DNA of 26,623 bases from a virus (taxonomy: Duplodnaviria; Caudoviricetes), in IMG/VR virus record IMGVR_UViG_3300037601_000048, positions 1-26,623 of that record, one strand, 5' to 3'. How positions within the stretch are numbered: position 1 is the first letter of the stretch; every line of letters starts with the position of its first letter. The position numbers and the translations under genes were made by a program. The notes beneath the pieces are model-generated. The model searched no databases. It was given only the letters and a program-made list of their open reading frames with translations, and was not told the origin of the DNA. Positions 26,010 to 26,623 of this stretch are shown in pieces.

Positions 26010-26623
26010 TTATAACCCAGTACCAAATGTGGAATTTTGAAAATCATATAAATCTTCATATGTTCTTTTAAATTCTTTAAGTACTGGAATTTGTTTAATT
26101 ACTTTAGTTTTTAATTTATTCTCACCTTTATTGTAACCACCTTTATAGACATCATCTAATGTATGCCATTGCCAAGGTGAAAGAACTTGTAGTAATATAC
26201 TACCAGTTGTTTCAATAAGTCTAGCAGATGGTATTGGTGATCTCATAACTTTAAATGATTCTTCAATACTTCTATATTGAGAAAGTTCAGTATCAAGTCT
26301 TCTTAATTGATAAGCTAAGAAAAATAAATATTCTGAATCAGCATCATCAGCAGCAGCAGCTACAAATTGTACTGCAAGAGGTAATATACCCCAAGTCATT
26401 ACTAATTCTGTAACAGCTCTTTTTATATTATGTTTTTCATAATCTGATAAAGAAGCCCATGCATTTGTAGAAATAGAAGCTTTTTCAGGTTTATTTAAAG
26501 ACATTAAATAATAATTCATATCTTTAAACTTTTTAAACATATATCTCATTAAAGTAGTATATGTACCTTCTTCATACTCTTGTAATGCATATGAAAACTT
26601 TGTTTGAGCCTCTGTAAGGTCGT
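26010..26623 (-). CDS. C-terminus of a larger phage protein (possibly a crAss-like virion/ejected protein), truncated by the window edge
   Basis: The frame stays open from 26549 to the window end (DLTEAQTKFSYALQEYEEGTYTTLMRY...). It has a hydrophobic helix, then RLDTEL, SPIP, YKGGYNKGENKL. The family assignment is from recollection only. Confidence 0.6.
   Translation of the reverse strand, partial: DLTEAQTKFSYALQEYEEGTYTTLMRYMFKKFKDMNYYLMSLNKPEKASISTNAWASLSDYEKHNIKRAVTELVMTWGILPLAVQFVAAAADDADSEYLFFLAYQLRRLDTELSQYRSIEESFKVMRSPIPSARLIETTGSILLQVLSPWQWHTLDDVYKGGYNKGENKLKTKVIKQIPVLKEFKRTYEDLYDFQNSTFGTGL

Noticed and set aside
1-26623. Stop-codon reassignment, introns/inteins and tRNA genes, as seen in some crAss-like phages
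   Set aside because: Conserved genes are full length in the standard code, TAG and TGA end genes at sensible positions, thyA and nrdAB are uninterrupted, and no tRNA cloverleaf was seen by eye.

Overview
This is a very AT-rich, gene-dense bacteriophage segment using the standard genetic code. It most likely comes from a crAss-like or related phage of Bacteroidota/Flavobacteriia; that assignment is inferred from the primase and AAA/SSB pair, the flavobacterial-type NrdB/NrdA and the type of large gene at the right edge. Nearly all genes lie on the + strand and form a replication/nucleotide-metabolism module: a spore-photoproduct-lyase-like radical SAM protein (partial), dATP/dGTP diphosphohydrolase, HD nucleotidase, thymidylate synthase, AAA ATPase plus putative SSB, primase, a degenerate UDG, a RusA-like resolvase, a PD-(D/E)XK nuclease, two MazG-like proteins, class I RNR, an SF2 helicase, two metallophosphoesterases and a receiver-like protein. 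Embedded in it is a compact six-gene peptide/amide-ligase operon of unknown product (GGCT, ATP-grasp, class I GATase, COOH-NH2 ligase, Ntn GATase, amidoligase). The module ends at a bidirectional terminator facing the C-terminus of a larger - strand gene. Two non-coding signals stand out: a ~120-nt, 49% GC structured element just upstream of thyA, and a repeated GGwwGGTAGATGGACGGA leader motif in front of the AAA and SSB genes. All family calls come from motif recognition by eye; no database search was run.
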